62,438 nt of DNA from contig DASSOA010000158.1 of NCBI GenBank assembly GCA_035701115.1, positions 1 through 62,438 of the forward strand, written 5' to 3'. How positions within the stretch are numbered: the stretch's first letter is position 1; each line of letters starts with the position of its first letter. Positions 45,030-56,181 of this stretch are shown here, one piece after another. This stretch comes from Gammaproteobacteria bacterium (lineage in GTDB: Bacteria; Pseudomonadota; Gammaproteobacteria; Natronospirales; REEB76). The translations under genes were made by a program, and so were the position numbers. The notes under the pieces were generated by a model. That model searched no databases. It was given only the letters and a program-made list of their open reading frames with translations, and was not told the DNA's origin.

Positions 45030-45572
45030 TTACTTCTGTCCACCGAGCAGTACATAGACCGCGCCGGTTCCACCGTCGGCGGGACGCGCCGAGCAGAATG
45101 CGATGACGTCGTCGCGTTGCCGCAGCCAGCCGCCAAGCTTCTGTTTGAGAACCGGGCCCTGCGGCCCCGAGCGGTAGCCCTTGCCGTGGATGATGCGCAC
45201 GCAGCGCACATGACGGCGGTGAGCACCCTGCAGAAATTCCACCAGGGCAATGCGGGCCGCGTCGCTGCGCAGACCGTGAAGATCGAGTTCCGCGCCAACG
45301 CTGTAATGACCGCGTCGCAGTTTGCGCACGGTTGCATCCTGGACCCCGGGCTTCGCGTACCACAATCCGTCACCGATCAGTGGTTCATTCGGATCGGGCA
45401 GGCCCGCCAGACTTTCTTCCAGCACTTCACGTTCCGCGGCCCTGGTGAAGCGCGCCTTCGGTTTGGGTCTCGGACCGCGGGGCAGCGGCATTGCGGGCAG
45501 GCGTGTGGCATCCGCAACGGCATCCCGGAACAGCCGCCGCTCTGCGTCGTCGAGTTTGAATCGTTGCGCCAT
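45030..45572 (-). CDS. smrB: Smr-domain endonuclease, SmrB(YfcN)-like
   Basis: 180 aa. ...RKLRRGHYSVGAELDLHGL...IIHGKG... parallels E. coli YfcN (KKLRRGDYSPELFLDLHGL...HGHG). Confidence 0.8.
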   Translation of the reverse strand: MAQRFKLDDAERRLFRDAVADATRLPAMPLPRGPRPKPKARFTRAAEREVLEESLAGLPDPNEPLIGDGLWYAKPGVQDATVRKLRRGHYSVGAELDLHGLRSDAARIALVEFLQGAHRRHVRCVRIIHGKGYRSGPQGPVLKQKLGGWLRQRDDVIAFCSARPADGGTGAVYVLLGGQK

Positions 45573-45672
45573 TCTGGTATGTCCGTGATTTTCAAGAGTA
45601 TATCAGCACGGCTTTTACAGTATCCTTACGATTCCACCTGAACCAGAATGACCTGATCCGGGGATCGCAGCA

Positions 45673-46428
45673 TTGAGGATTCTGCTGAGCAACGATGACG
45701 GGTTCGCCGCCCCGGGGCTGCGTTGCCTGGCCGACGCCCTGCGTGACATGGCGAGCGTCACGATTGTCGCGCCCGACCGTAACCGCAGTGGCACAAGTCA
45801 TGCCCTTACCCTCGATCGCCCTTTGCGGGTTCATCACAATGAACCGGGCGTGGTCGCGGTTGACGGCACGCCGACAGATTGCGTGCATCTGGCCATAACC
45901 GGGCTGCTTGAGCAGGAACCGGATATGGTGATTTCCGGAATCAATGCGGGCGCCAATCTGGGCGACGACGTGCTGTATTCCGGCACGGTTGCCGCGGCCA
46001 TAGAAGGACGGTTTCTGGGTTACCCGGCAATTGCCGTGTCGTTGGCAAGCGATAATCCGCAGCACTACGTCACCGCCGCCCAGATCACCCGCGAGCTGGT
46101 ACAGAGACTGCTCAGTCACCCACTCCCGGCTGACACGATACTTAACGTGAACGTGCCTGATCTGCCACGCGACAAGCTTGAAGCCGTCGAAGCCACCCGT
46201 CTCGGCCACCGCCACCGGTCCGAGCCGGTGACGCGTGCCACGGATCCGCGTGGACGTCCGATTTACTGGGTCGGCCCCCCCGGTGGTGAGCAGGATGCCG
46301 GGCCGGGTACCGATTTTGACGCGGTGCGACGCGGCTGCATTTCGGTGACGCCGCTGCAGATTGATCTGACGCGTTACATGGCGCTGGATGGGCTCGCCAA
46401 CTGGCTGCAGGCGGCGGGGCTGGCATGA
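45673..46428 (+). CDS. surE: 5'/3'-nucleotidase SurE
   Basis: [16 protein letters not shown]...APDRNRSG.S...GTPTDCV...; TTG start. Confidence 0.94.
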   Translation: MRILLSNDDGFAAPGLRCLADALRDMASVTIVAPDRNRSGTSHALTLDRPLRVHHNEPGVVAVDGTPTDCVHLAITGLLEQEPDMVISGINAGANLGDDVLYSGTVAAAIEGRFLGYPAIAVSLASDNPQHYVTAAQITRELVQRLLSHPLPADTILNVNVPDLPRDKLEAVEATRLGHRHRSEPVTRATDPRGRPIYWVGPPGGEQDAGPGTDFDAVRRGCISVTPLQIDLTRYMALDGLANWLQAAGLA

Positions 46429-47093
46429 ACCAGATCACCTCTCGCGGTATCGGCATGACATCGGCGCGCACCCGCGAACGGCTGGTTGCACGGCTGCGGG
46501 AGCAGGGCGTGCGCAATCCGCAGGTGCTGAATCTGATCCGTTCCACGCCGCGGCACCTGTTTGTGGATGAAGCACTGGCAAGCCGCGCCTATGAAGACAC
46601 GGCGTTGCCGATCGGGCACGGACAGACGATTTCGCAGCCGTACATCGTGGCGCGCATGACGGAAGCGCTGCTGGCGAACGGCGTGCCGGACACGGTGCTG
46701 GAAGTGGGTACCGGCTGTGGCTATCAGACGGCGATTCTCGCGGCTCTGGTCAAACAGGTATTCAGTGTGGAACGCATCATGCCGCTGCAGCAACGCGCGC
46801 GCCAGACGCTGAATGGATTGGGCGTGCGCAACGTGCGCTTTCGACATGCAGACGGTGGCTGGGGCTGGGCGAATCATGCGCCCTACAGCGGAATTATCGT
46901 CACCGCTGCTCCGGAAGAAGTCCCGGGTCCCTTGCTGGAGCAGTTGGTGCCCGGCGGTCGCATGATTATTCCGGTGGGAACGCAGGGTGGGGCGCAGGAG
47001 TTGTTGCTGGTCACGCGCCGCGACGAATCGCGTTATGAACGCGAAGTGCTCGAACGGGTGAGTTTCGTGCCGCTGCTGGGAGGGCTCGGGTGA
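46425..47093 (+). CDS. pcm: Protein-L-isoaspartate O-methyltransferase
   Basis: ...[13 protein letters not shown]...[13 protein letters not shown]...; ATGA overlap with surE. Confidence 0.94.
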   Translation: MNQITSRGIGMTSARTRERLVARLREQGVRNPQVLNLIRSTPRHLFVDEALASRAYEDTALPIGHGQTISQPYIVARMTEALLANGVPDTVLEVGTGCGYQTAILAALVKQVFSVERIMPLQQRARQTLNGLGVRNVRFRHADGGWGWANHAPYSGIIVTAAPEEVPGPLLEQLVPGGRMIIPVGTQGGAQELLLVTRRDESRYEREVLERVSFVPLLGGLG

Positions 47094-47848
47094 AGCAACT
47101 TGTGCGGAACGTCATCTTGCTGGTTTGTATGATTGCGGTGGCGGGATGTGCCGGTGCGTTGACCTGGACGCCGCAGGGTGGCACGCAACCGGGGTTGGGC
47201 GCCGCTTCGGATGAGGTACCGGCAACTTACATTGTTCAACCAGGCGATACCCTGTATTCGATCTCCTGGCGCTATGGTCTCGACTATCACGACGTGGCGG
47301 GCTGGAATGGAATCGGTTCCGACTACCTCATCAAGCCGGGACAGGTACTGAAATTGTCCGCGCCCGCCGGCAGCTCAAATAACAATCATGTCCAACAGGC
47401 TGTCGCCGGTACCGCGATACCCGCCGGACAAACGGCGCAAACCGCTGCTGACAGCGGGTTTTCGCCGCCCGCGGGAGGAATTACCTGGCATTGGCCGGTC
47501 GCAGGGCGCGTGATTCGTCAGTTCCACGCCGGCAGCGCGCTTTCGAAGGGAATCGACATCACGGCCGCGCGCGGCACGGACATCCGCGCAGCAGCGGCGG
47601 GCAAGGTGGTCTACGCCGGCAGTGGCATTATCGGCTACGGCAAACTGATCATCATCAAGGACAGCGAGCAGTTCCTTTCCGCCTACGCTGACAACGATGA
47701 GATGCTGGTCCGGGAGGGAGACGCGGTTCAGGCCGGTGACAGGATCGCAACCATGGGACTCGGGCGCGACGGACACCCGCTGTTGCATTTCGAGATACGC
47801 CGCAACGGCAAACCGGTTGATCCGTTGCAATACCTGCCGCGGCGCTGA
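47090..47848 (+). CDS. nlpD: LysM/M23 peptidase-domain lipoprotein NlpD
   Basis: Lipobox ...IAVAGC, a LysM domain ([17 protein letters not shown]) and a C-terminal M23 domain (...GIDI...LLHFEIR..GKPVDP). GTGA overlap with pcm. Upstream of rpoS. Confidence 0.92.
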   Translation: MKQLVRNVILLVCMIAVAGCAGALTWTPQGGTQPGLGAASDEVPATYIVQPGDTLYSISWRYGLDYHDVAGWNGIGSDYLIKPGQVLKLSAPAGSSNNNHVQQAVAGTAIPAGQTAQTAADSGFSPPAGGITWHWPVAGRVIRQFHAGSALSKGIDITAARGTDIRAAAAGKVVYAGSGIIGYGKLIIIKDSEQFLSAYADNDEMLVREGDAVQAGDRIATMGLGRDGHPLLHFEIRRNGKPVDPLQYLPRR

Positions 47849-48002
47849 TTGCGGATGATACGCGTTAGCGGAACAGCGCTTTCGATGCATCAGCGACGGC
47901 TTGATTGGCCCGCCGGGCCGGTAACGGCGCCGGACTTGCATCGCAACGGCATTGGTTGGCAAGATTAGTCATATTCACTGCGCGGAGAATGTCGCAAGCG
48001 TC

Positions 48003-49031
48003 ATGGGTGGTTATCGTCGCGGCGACACATCAGAGCCGGAAGAGGCTTTTCTGGAAGCTGAAGAGGAGAGCGCTCCTTATGTCGGTGTCCTCGCTGATGA
48101 GGATACCGAGACGGAGAGCGCGACCCTGTTGCGTCCGGAAGAGCATGTCGCTGAGCTCGACGACGACAATCCCGAACCGCCCGTGCAGTTCAGCGCCGAA
48201 GAGCTGGACGCAACCCGCATGTATCTTTCCGAGATCGGTTATTCCCCTCTGCTGAGCGCGGAAGAAGAGGTCTATTTTGCCCGGCTCTCCCTGAAAGGCG
48301 ACGAAGCCGCGCGCAAGCGCATGATCGAGAGCAACCTGCGGCTGGTCGTGAAGATGGCCCGCAAGTACATCAACCGCGGTTTGCCGCTGCTCGATCTCAT
48401 CGAGGAAGGCAATCTCGGGCTGATTCACGCGGTCGAGAAATTCGACCCGGAACGCGGTTTCCGGTTTTCAACCTACGCGACCTGGTGGATCAGACAGGCC
48501 ATTGAACGCGCGATCATGAACCAGACGCGCACCATTCGCCTCCCGATCCACGTAATCAAGGAATTGAATCTTTATTTACGCGCGGCACGCAAGCTCACCC
48601 AGAATCTGGATCGCGAGCCGACGCCGGAGGAGATCGCGGAAATCCTCGACAAGCCGCTGGAGGACGTGAAACGACTGCTCGGTCTCAACGAGCGTATCGC
48701 CTCGGTGGACACGCCGATCGGGAAGGGTGGGGACCGGATGCTGCTGGATGCCATCCCGGACGAGAACAACGCCGATCCGTCGCGGCTGCTGCAGGACGCC
48801 GACATCCAGCTGATCGTTGAAAAGTGGTTGTCGCGGCTGAATGAAAAGCAGCGCGAAGTGGTGGAGCTGCGCTTCGGATTGAACGGCCGCGATAAAGGCA
48901 CACTGGAAGAGGTGGGCAATCAGATTGGCGTTACTCGTGAGCGCGTGCGGCAAATCCAGATGGATGCACTCAAGCGCCTGCGGCAGATTCTGGAGAGCGA
49001 AGGCTTGTCTGAGGACTCGCTGTTCGAGTGA
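48003..49031 (+). CDS. rpoS: RNA polymerase sigma factor RpoS
   Basis: Near-colinear with E. coli RpoS: ...[26 protein letters not shown]...[10 protein letters not shown]...[37 protein letters not shown]...TIRLPIH... The start is uncertain: ATG at 48003 or TTG at 47952. Confidence 0.93.
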   Translation: MGGYRRGDTSEPEEAFLEAEEESAPYVGVLADEDTETESATLLRPEEHVAELDDDNPEPPVQFSAEELDATRMYLSEIGYSPLLSAEEEVYFARLSLKGDEAARKRMIESNLRLVVKMARKYINRGLPLLDLIEEGNLGLIHAVEKFDPERGFRFSTYATWWIRQAIERAIMNQTRTIRLPIHVIKELNLYLRAARKLTQNLDREPTPEEIAEILDKPLEDVKRLLGLNERIASVDTPIGKGGDRMLLDAIPDENNADPSRLLQDADIQLIVEKWLSRLNEKQREVVELRFGLNGRDKGTLEEVGNQIGVTRERVRQIQMDALKRLRQILESEGLSEDSLFE

Positions 49032-49042
49032 ACCGCTATCCG

Positions 49043-49059
49043 GAACGTGCAACACGTTC
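49043..49059. terminator. Short hairpin between convergent rpoS and the DUF498 gene
   Basis: GAACGTG-caa-CACGTTC: 7-bp stem starting 12 nt after the rpoS stop and overlapping the stop of the minus-strand gene. No U-tract. Confidence 0.35.
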
Positions 49060-49432
49060 AGATCATCAGCAGCGCTGCTACCACGTTACGATTTTCACTG
49101 ACCAGCACGTTATACGTCCGGCAGGCGGCCGCGGTATCCAGCACTTCGATGCCGATTCCACGGCGCTGTATGTCCGCCAGGATGGCCGCGGCCGGGAAAC
49201 GCAGCGTCGCGCCGGTGCCGATGATCAGGATTTCGGGATCGAGTTCCAGTGCTGCCTGCAGATGTTCCAGCGAGATGTCCGGAAATCGCTGGGGCGGCCA
49301 GTTTTCAATCAGGCGATTCGGCGCAAGAATGAAACTTCGTTCGATTAGCACGTCGTTGACGTTGATCCGGCCGGGCGCGTATGCCCGTATGACTTTTGTG
49401 TCGCCGCCGGGCCTGTCCTGGGTGAATTTCAT
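49058..49432 (-). CDS. Mth938-like / DUF498 domain protein (NDUFAF3-family fold)
   Basis: 124 aa from the internal ATG at 49432: MKFTQDRPGGDTKVIRAYAPGRINVND...LDPEILIIGTGATLRFP...RRGIGIEVLDTAAACRTYNVL..E.R.V. This is typical of the DUF498 family. The track's 176-aa form adds a low-complexity, unconserved-looking N-terminus. Confidence 0.75.
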   Translation of the reverse strand: MKFTQDRPGGDTKVIRAYAPGRINVNDVLIERSFILAPNRLIENWPPQRFPDISLEHLQAALELDPEILIIGTGATLRFPAAAILADIQRRGIGIEVLDTAAACRTYNVLVSENRNVVAALLMI

Positions 49433-49487
49433 GGCGGGTAGGGTAGTGGAAACGGCATAATAAGCACAAGTACAACCGATTCCGCGC

Positions 49488-50441
49488 ATGAACCTGACGC
49501 TGCTACTTTCCGGATTTCCTGCGGTCCCGGCCCAGAGATGCAAGTCGCTGGAGACGTTGCTGTCGCGCGGCGATGCGCATCGCGCCACGGAGGGTGGCGC
49601 GCACGCTGCACTGGCGGAGGTTTTCCATTTGTCTGCGGCGCGGATTGCTGTTGCGCCATTGACCCGCCTTGCCGATACCGGGTGTCGCGATGATGCCTGC
49701 TGGTTGCGCGCCGACCCGGTGCATCTCGCGGCCGATCGCGATCAACTGGTGATGCTGCCGCGATCGGCGCTCGACGTCACGCTTGCGGAAGCGGAGGCGC
49801 TGGCCGAAACGTTCAACCGAATGTACCGCGACGACGGCTTGCTGCTGGAAGCGCCGGTTCCGTCGCGCTGGTATCTGCGCGTGCCGGCGGACCTTGATTG
49901 CGTTACCCACGATCTGGCAGAAGTCCAAGGTAACCCGGTGCTGGATTTCATGCCGACCGGTGCCGACCAGACAAGAATCCGCCAGCTGATGAATGAGATG
50001 CAGATGCTGTTTCACGAGCATCCCGTCAATCAGGCTCGTGAGGCGGGAGGCAAACCGGCGATCAACAGTGTCTGGCTGTGGGGCGGAGGTCGATTGCCGG
50101 AAATTGCGCAGAAGGGACCGCGGCAGGTAATCACCGATCTTCCGCTGGCTCGAGGCCTGGCGCTGCTCGCCGGAAGCAGATGCGTGTCGTGGCCCGCGGC
50201 GCAGGGCACAGTCCCGTTGACTGATGAAAGTCTGATCGCGCTGGACGTGAGCAATGCAGAAAGTCTTTCCACATTGGAACGGGACGTTGCGGGTCCGCTC
50301 CTCGCCGCGCTTCGTTCCGGGGGGTTGAAAGCAGTGGATATCTATTCCGCTGGCGCCGTGTTTTATCGTACGACACCTGCAATGACTTATCGCTTTTGGC
50401 GTTCCCGCCGCCCGCTTGCAGCGTTATTGGAGAAACCGTGA
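49488..50441 (+). CDS. Conserved protein of unknown function, resembles the family annotated as 'regulatory protein, RpfE type' (sometimes mis-annotated as phosphoglycerate mutase)
   Basis: 317 aa. ...CWLRADPVHL..DRD.L...HPVNQAREAGGKPAINSVWLWGGG... Immediately upstream of recJ, with its stop overlapping the recJ GTG. The family assignment is from memory, not a search. Confidence 0.45.
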   Translation: MNLTLLLSGFPAVPAQRCKSLETLLSRGDAHRATEGGAHAALAEVFHLSAARIAVAPLTRLADTGCRDDACWLRADPVHLAADRDQLVMLPRSALDVTLAEAEALAETFNRMYRDDGLLLEAPVPSRWYLRVPADLDCVTHDLAEVQGNPVLDFMPTGADQTRIRQLMNEMQMLFHEHPVNQAREAGGKPAINSVWLWGGGRLPEIAQKGPRQVITDLPLARGLALLAGSRCVSWPAAQGTVPLTDESLIALDVSNAESLSTLERDVAGPLLAALRSGGLKAVDIYSAGAVFYRTTPAMTYRFWRSRRPLAALLEKP

Positions 50442-52168
50442 ACCTGCGGCGGATCGAACGGCGCCCAATTGCGCGAGAGGCAAAGTTTGACCGGCCGCTG
50501 CACCCGTTGCTGCAGCGTGTCTACGCTGCGCGCGGACTGCACAGCGATGGCGATCTGGATCAGTCGTTGTCGTCGTTGCATGATTTTCAAGGTTTCGGCG
50601 GCATGCGCGCCGCGGTAGAGTTGCTTGCCGACTGTCTGAAACACGCGCGCCGGATCCTTGTTGTCGGCGATTTCGATTGCGACGGCGCAACCAGTTCAGC
50701 GCTCGCCGTGCGAGCATTGCGACGCCTCGGTGCAAAGGATGTCGACTATCTGGTGCCGAACCGGTTTGAATACGGCTACGGCCTGACGCCGGAGATTGTC
50801 GCGCTTGCCGCCCGGCGCGAGCCGGCCTTGATCGTTACCGTTGACAACGGGATTTCGAGTATCGCCGGCGTGGCGGCGGCGCGCGCGGCCGGCATTCGCG
50901 TACTGGTCACAGACCATCATCTGCCGGGTACGGGGTTGCCGGCCGCCGATGCGATCGTCAATCCGAATTTGCCGGGCGATGGATTTCCCAGCAAGTCGCT
51001 GGCCGGTGTCGGCGTCGTGTTTTATCTGTTGCTGGCGTTGCGCGCGCGATTGCGTGAGCAGGATTGGTTCGCGTCGCGCAATATACCCGAACCGAACCTC
51101 GCGGATTTTCTCGACATCGTGGCGCTCGGCACCGTCGCGGACCTGGTACCGCTGGATCGCAATAACCGCGTGCTGGTTGCGCAAGGTTTGGCACGAATGC
51201 GCGCGGGCCGCGGTATCCCCGGCATTCGTGCTTTGCTGGAAGCAGGCAAACGCGATGCGAGCAGGATCACGGCAACGGATCTCGCGTTTACGGTCGGGCC
51301 GCGGCTGAATGCGGCCGGTCGTCTGACGGATATGTCACTCGGGATTGAATGTCTGCTGACCGACGACCTTTCGCGTGCGCGAGACCTGGCAGCGCGGCTC
51401 GACGAACTCAATCAGGAACGCCGTGGGATCGAGGTGCAGATGGAATCGGAAGCCATGCAGATTCTGGCCGGCATGGGACTGCACGACGACGATCCTGATT
51501 TGCCATTTGGCTTGTGTCTTTTCGACGAGGCCTGGCATCAGGGTGTGGTCGGGCTGGTTGCGTCGCGCATCAAGGATCGCGTGCACCGGCCGGTAATCGC
51601 ATTTGCGCGTGCCGATGACGGCACTCTTAAAGGTTCGGCGCGATCCGTGCGGGGGCTGCACATTCGCGATGCACTTGAGGCGGTATCGACGCGCCACCCC
51701 GGTCTGGTGGAAAAATTCGGCGGCCACGCGATGGCGGCCGGGCTGACGCTCGGCGCAGACCGCTTTCAACCATTTGCGGAAGCGTTCGATGCGGAAGTCA
51801 GGCTGCGGCTGGCAGCGGACGACCTTACCGGCGTCATTCACACCGATGGCGAACTTGCCCCGGATTGGCTGACGCTGGAATGCGCGCTGATGCTGCGCGA
51901 CGCAGGCCCCTGGGGTCAGGGGTTCCCCGAACCGTCGTTCGACGGTGAATTCCGTGTGCTGGAGCGTCGCATTGTGGGCGGCGCACACCTCAAGCTGGCG
52001 TTGATGAGCCCTGGTAACCGGCGGCTGGAGGCCATTGCCTTCCGTCAGACCGGCGACCATCTGCCTGTCGATTGCGAGCGGGTGCGCATTGTGTACCGCC
52101 CCGACGTCAATGAATTTCGCGGCGAACAGCGCCTTCAGTTGCTCGTGGACTATATCGAGCCGGCCTGA
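50438..52168 (+). CDS. recJ: Single-stranded-DNA-specific exonuclease RecJ
   Basis: ...ILVVGDFDCDGATS...TVDNGI...VTDHH... (DHH/DHHA1 motifs), ~576 aa. The GTG at 50438 overlaps the upstream stop (GTGA). The track start at 50396 is possible. Confidence 0.94.
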   Translation: MNLRRIERRPIAREAKFDRPLHPLLQRVYAARGLHSDGDLDQSLSSLHDFQGFGGMRAAVELLADCLKHARRILVVGDFDCDGATSSALAVRALRRLGAKDVDYLVPNRFEYGYGLTPEIVALAARREPALIVTVDNGISSIAGVAAARAAGIRVLVTDHHLPGTGLPAADAIVNPNLPGDGFPSKSLAGVGVVFYLLLALRARLREQDWFASRNIPEPNLADFLDIVALGTVADLVPLDRNNRVLVAQGLARMRAGRGIPGIRALLEAGKRDASRITATDLAFTVGPRLNAAGRLTDMSLGIECLLTDDLSRARDLAARLDELNQERRGIEVQMESEAMQILAGMGLHDDDPDLPFGLCLFDEAWHQGVVGLVASRIKDRVHRPVIAFARADDGTLKGSARSVRGLHIRDALEAVSTRHPGLVEKFGGHAMAAGLTLGADRFQPFAEAFDAEVRLRLAADDLTGVIHTDGELAPDWLTLECALMLRDAGPWGQGFPEPSFDGEFRVLERRIVGGAHLKLALMSPGNRRLEAIAFRQTGDHLPVDCERVRIVYRPDVNEFRGEQRLQLLVDYIEPA

Positions 52169-52221
52169 GCCCTGTAGTACCATAGCCGCTTTTGAAAACG
52201 ACCCACGATCAGGAATCTCCC

Positions 52222-53320
<1,099 letters not shown>

Positions 53321-53372
53321 CATATCCGTGGCGCCCGCCGCGGATACCATACCGGGAATCGGGAAAACGATA

Positions 53373-54857
53373 ATGAACGAGAAGCAGGACGAGAACAGTC
53401 TGATCCAGCAGCGGCGCGAGAAACTTGCGCAACTTCGCGAGCAGGGTGTCGCCTATCCCAACAGCTTTCACCGAGACGCGTTGGCGGCCGATCTGCACGG
53501 TCTGTACGGGCATCGCAGCGGGGAATCGCTCGACAAGGAGACGGTTCGGGTACATGTCGCGGGCCGCATGATGGCCAAGCGCGTGATGGGAAAAGCGAGT
53601 TTTACGCACATTCAGGACAGTTCCGGGCGGCTGCAGCTGTTTGTTCAGCGCGAAACCGTTGGCGAACAGGTGTACGACGCGTTCAAGACCTGGGACGTCG
53701 GCGACATCGTTGCCGCGGAAGGAGTGCTCTTCAAGACCAAGACGGATGAATTGTCGGTGCGCGCCGACAGGCTCTTCCTGCTCAGCAAGTCGCTGCGTCC
53801 GCTGCCGGAAAAATTCCATGGCCTGGCCGATACCGAAACGCGCTACCGGCAGCGGTATCTCGATCTCATCATGAATCCGGAGTCGGTCAGGGTATTTCAG
53901 ACGCGCACCCGGATCGTCCAGCACGTGCGCGATTTCATGAACGCGCTCGGCTTTCTGGAAGTCGAAACCCCGATGATGCAACTCATTCCGGGCGGTGCGA
54001 CGGCGCGTCCGTTTATCACTCATCACAACACCCTGGACATGCCGCTCTACATGCGTATTGCACCGGAGCTGTATCTGAAACGCCTGGTGGTCGGCGGCTT
54101 CGAGCGCGTTTTCGAGATCAACCGGAATTTCCGCAATGAAGGTGTGTCCACGCGCCACAATCCCGAATTCACCATGATGGAGTTCTATCAGGCCTATGCC
54201 ACGTATCACGATCTCATGGATCTGACCGAAAACCTGATGCGCAGTCTGGCCGAAGCCCTGAATGGCGACGACAAGGTGACGTATCAGGGCGAAGTGTATG
54301 ACTTCGGTCCGGCGTTCCGGCGCGTGTCGGTCGAACAGTCCATTGCCGAAGCCAATCGGCTGGATCCCGCGAAGCTGCGTGATGTCGGGTATCTGCGCGG
54401 AGTTTGCGAACAACTTAAAATTCCCGTTAAGACCGGATACGGTGCCGGGAAAATGCAGATCGAAATTTTTGAGAAAACCGTGGAGCCGAATCTAAAGCAG
54501 CCGACATTCATTATTGATTACCCGACTGAGGTCTCGCCGCTTTCGCGCCGCAAGGACAGCGACCCGTTCGTTACCGATCGTTTCGAATTCTTTGTCGGAG
54601 GACGCGAGCTGGCCAATGGTTTTTCGGAACTCAATGACCCGGAAGATCAGGCGGAGCGTTTCAGGGCACAAGCCGCCGAGAAGGACGCAGGCGATCAGGA
54701 AGCCATGTTCTACGACGCCGACTACGTTCGCGCACTGGAATACGGCATGCCGCCGACTGCGGGCGAGGGCATTGGCATTGATCGTCTGGTCATGCTGTTT
54801 ACCGATTCGGCCTCCATCCGCGATGTAATCCTGTTTCCATTGATGCGGCCGGAATGA
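53373..54857 (+). CDS. lysS: Lysine--tRNA ligase (class II)
   Basis: [23 protein letters not shown]...[16 protein letters not shown]...GIGIDRLVM... Confidence 0.96.
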   Translation: MNEKQDENSLIQQRREKLAQLREQGVAYPNSFHRDALAADLHGLYGHRSGESLDKETVRVHVAGRMMAKRVMGKASFTHIQDSSGRLQLFVQRETVGEQVYDAFKTWDVGDIVAAEGVLFKTKTDELSVRADRLFLLSKSLRPLPEKFHGLADTETRYRQRYLDLIMNPESVRVFQTRTRIVQHVRDFMNALGFLEVETPMMQLIPGGATARPFITHHNTLDMPLYMRIAPELYLKRLVVGGFERVFEINRNFRNEGVSTRHNPEFTMMEFYQAYATYHDLMDLTENLMRSLAEALNGDDKVTYQGEVYDFGPAFRRVSVEQSIAEANRLDPAKLRDVGYLRGVCEQLKIPVKTGYGAGKMQIEIFEKTVEPNLKQPTFIIDYPTEVSPLSRRKDSDPFVTDRFEFFVGGRELANGFSELNDPEDQAERFRAQAAEKDAGDQEAMFYDADYVRALEYGMPPTAGEGIGIDRLVMLFTDSASIRDVILFPLMRPE

Positions 54858-54878
54858 GCGTTCGGTAGTCGCGCGGCA

Positions 54879-56174
54879 GTGAACGACTTACGCCATGCCC
54901 GCACACGTTTGCTGCAGGCGACCGAGTTGCTGCAGGCAATTGTGTCACAACCGCAGTATCCGGCCGATTCTGTTATCGACCGGTATTTTTCCGCCAACCG
55001 GAAAATGGGTTCGAAAGATCGGGGTTTTGCCGCCGAGACGGTCTATGGCTGCCTGCGGCATCGGCGCGAACTGGCCGCGCTGGCTCTGCCGGTAGCAGGT
55101 GACGCGGCGGATTCTGCGTCATGGCTGGTCGCTACGTATCTGCTCAAATACAGCGGCTGGAGTGCCCGGGCTTTGACGCAGGCCGGCTTCGACGGCGACC
55201 CGGTTTCGCTGGTGGAACGCGTGCGCGCCCTGGACATGTTCGAGTTGCCGCTTGCGGTGCGCGCCAATCTGCCGGACTGGCTGGCGGAACGGCTGGTGGC
55301 GCAGTTCGGTGAGGGAGAAACGCTGCAACTCGCTGCAGCCCTCAACCAGCCGGCGCCAGTGGACATCCGGGTCAATACGCTGAAGACCGACCGCGAAACG
55401 CTGCGCAAGAGTCTTGCAGCAGCGGACTATGAGATGGTGCCGACACCGTATTCTCCGCTTGGGTTACGACGCGACAAGCGTGGCCCGTTGTTCAACACGC
55501 CGCAGTTCCGCGACGGCTGGTTTGAACTGCAGGACGAAGGCAGCCAGTTGATCGGCTTTCTGCTGGATCCAAAGCCGAAACAGAAAGTGGTTGATTTCTG
55601 CGCCGGAGCAGGCGGCAAGACATTGCAGCTTGCTGCGCTGATGAACAATTCCGGTGTGCTGTACGCATGCGACGTATCGGAGCAGCGATTGAACCGGTTG
55701 AAACCACGGCTTCGGCGTGCCGGCGTGGATACGGTTCAACGCCGCGTTCTGCACGACGAAAACGATACCCGTCTCAAATCATGGTGGGGCAAGATGGACG
55801 CCGTGCTGGTGGACGCGCCGTGTTCCGGCACGGGCACACTGCGGCGCAATCCGGACATAAAATGGAAGCCGGTCGATCTCGGCGCGCTGTGCGCACTGCA
55901 GCGCAGCATTCTGGCTGCCGCATCGCAACTGGTGCGCCCCGGCGGCAGGCTGGTCTATGCGACCTGCAGTTTGCTGGACGAGGAGAATCACGCCGTTGTT
56001 GACGAATTCCTGTCCCAGCATCCGGATTTTGCGATTGAGCCAGCCGGTAAAATACTCGCAACCCACGGCAGCGATTTGAACGGAGCTTTTACCGCCGAGG
56101 GTGCGATGCGACTCCTGCCACACCGGCACGCGACGGACGGATTCTTTGCCATTGCAATGCGACGCGCTGCATGA
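54879..56174 (+). CDS. RsmB/NOP-family SAM-dependent RNA (cytosine-C5)-methyltransferase with NusB-like N-terminal domain
   Basis: 431 aa. ...DFCAGAGGKT...DAPCSGTGTLRRNPDIKW...YATCSLL.EEN... GTG start. It is unclear whether this is the true 16S m5C967 RsmB orthologue. Confidence 0.8.
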   Translation: MNDLRHARTRLLQATELLQAIVSQPQYPADSVIDRYFSANRKMGSKDRGFAAETVYGCLRHRRELAALALPVAGDAADSASWLVATYLLKYSGWSARALTQAGFDGDPVSLVERVRALDMFELPLAVRANLPDWLAERLVAQFGEGETLQLAAALNQPAPVDIRVNTLKTDRETLRKSLAAADYEMVPTPYSPLGLRRDKRGPLFNTPQFRDGWFELQDEGSQLIGFLLDPKPKQKVVDFCAGAGGKTLQLAALMNNSGVLYACDVSEQRLNRLKPRLRRAGVDTVQRRVLHDENDTRLKSWWGKMDAVLVDAPCSGTGTLRRNPDIKWKPVDLGALCALQRSILAAASQLVRPGGRLVYATCSLLDEENHAVVDEFLSQHPDFAIEPAGKILATHGSDLNGAFTAEGAMRLLPHRHATDGFFAIAMRRAA

Positions 56175-56181
56175 AGTCAGA

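Noticed and set aside
47849-48002. Possible long structured rpoS 5' leader or small-RNA target region, as in E. coli.
   Set aside because: In E. coli the main rpoS promoter lies inside nlpD and the leader is ~560 nt. I could not identify conserved DsrA/RprA/ArcZ pairing elements or a convincing inhibitory hairpin by eye, and the rpoS start codon itself is uncertain.
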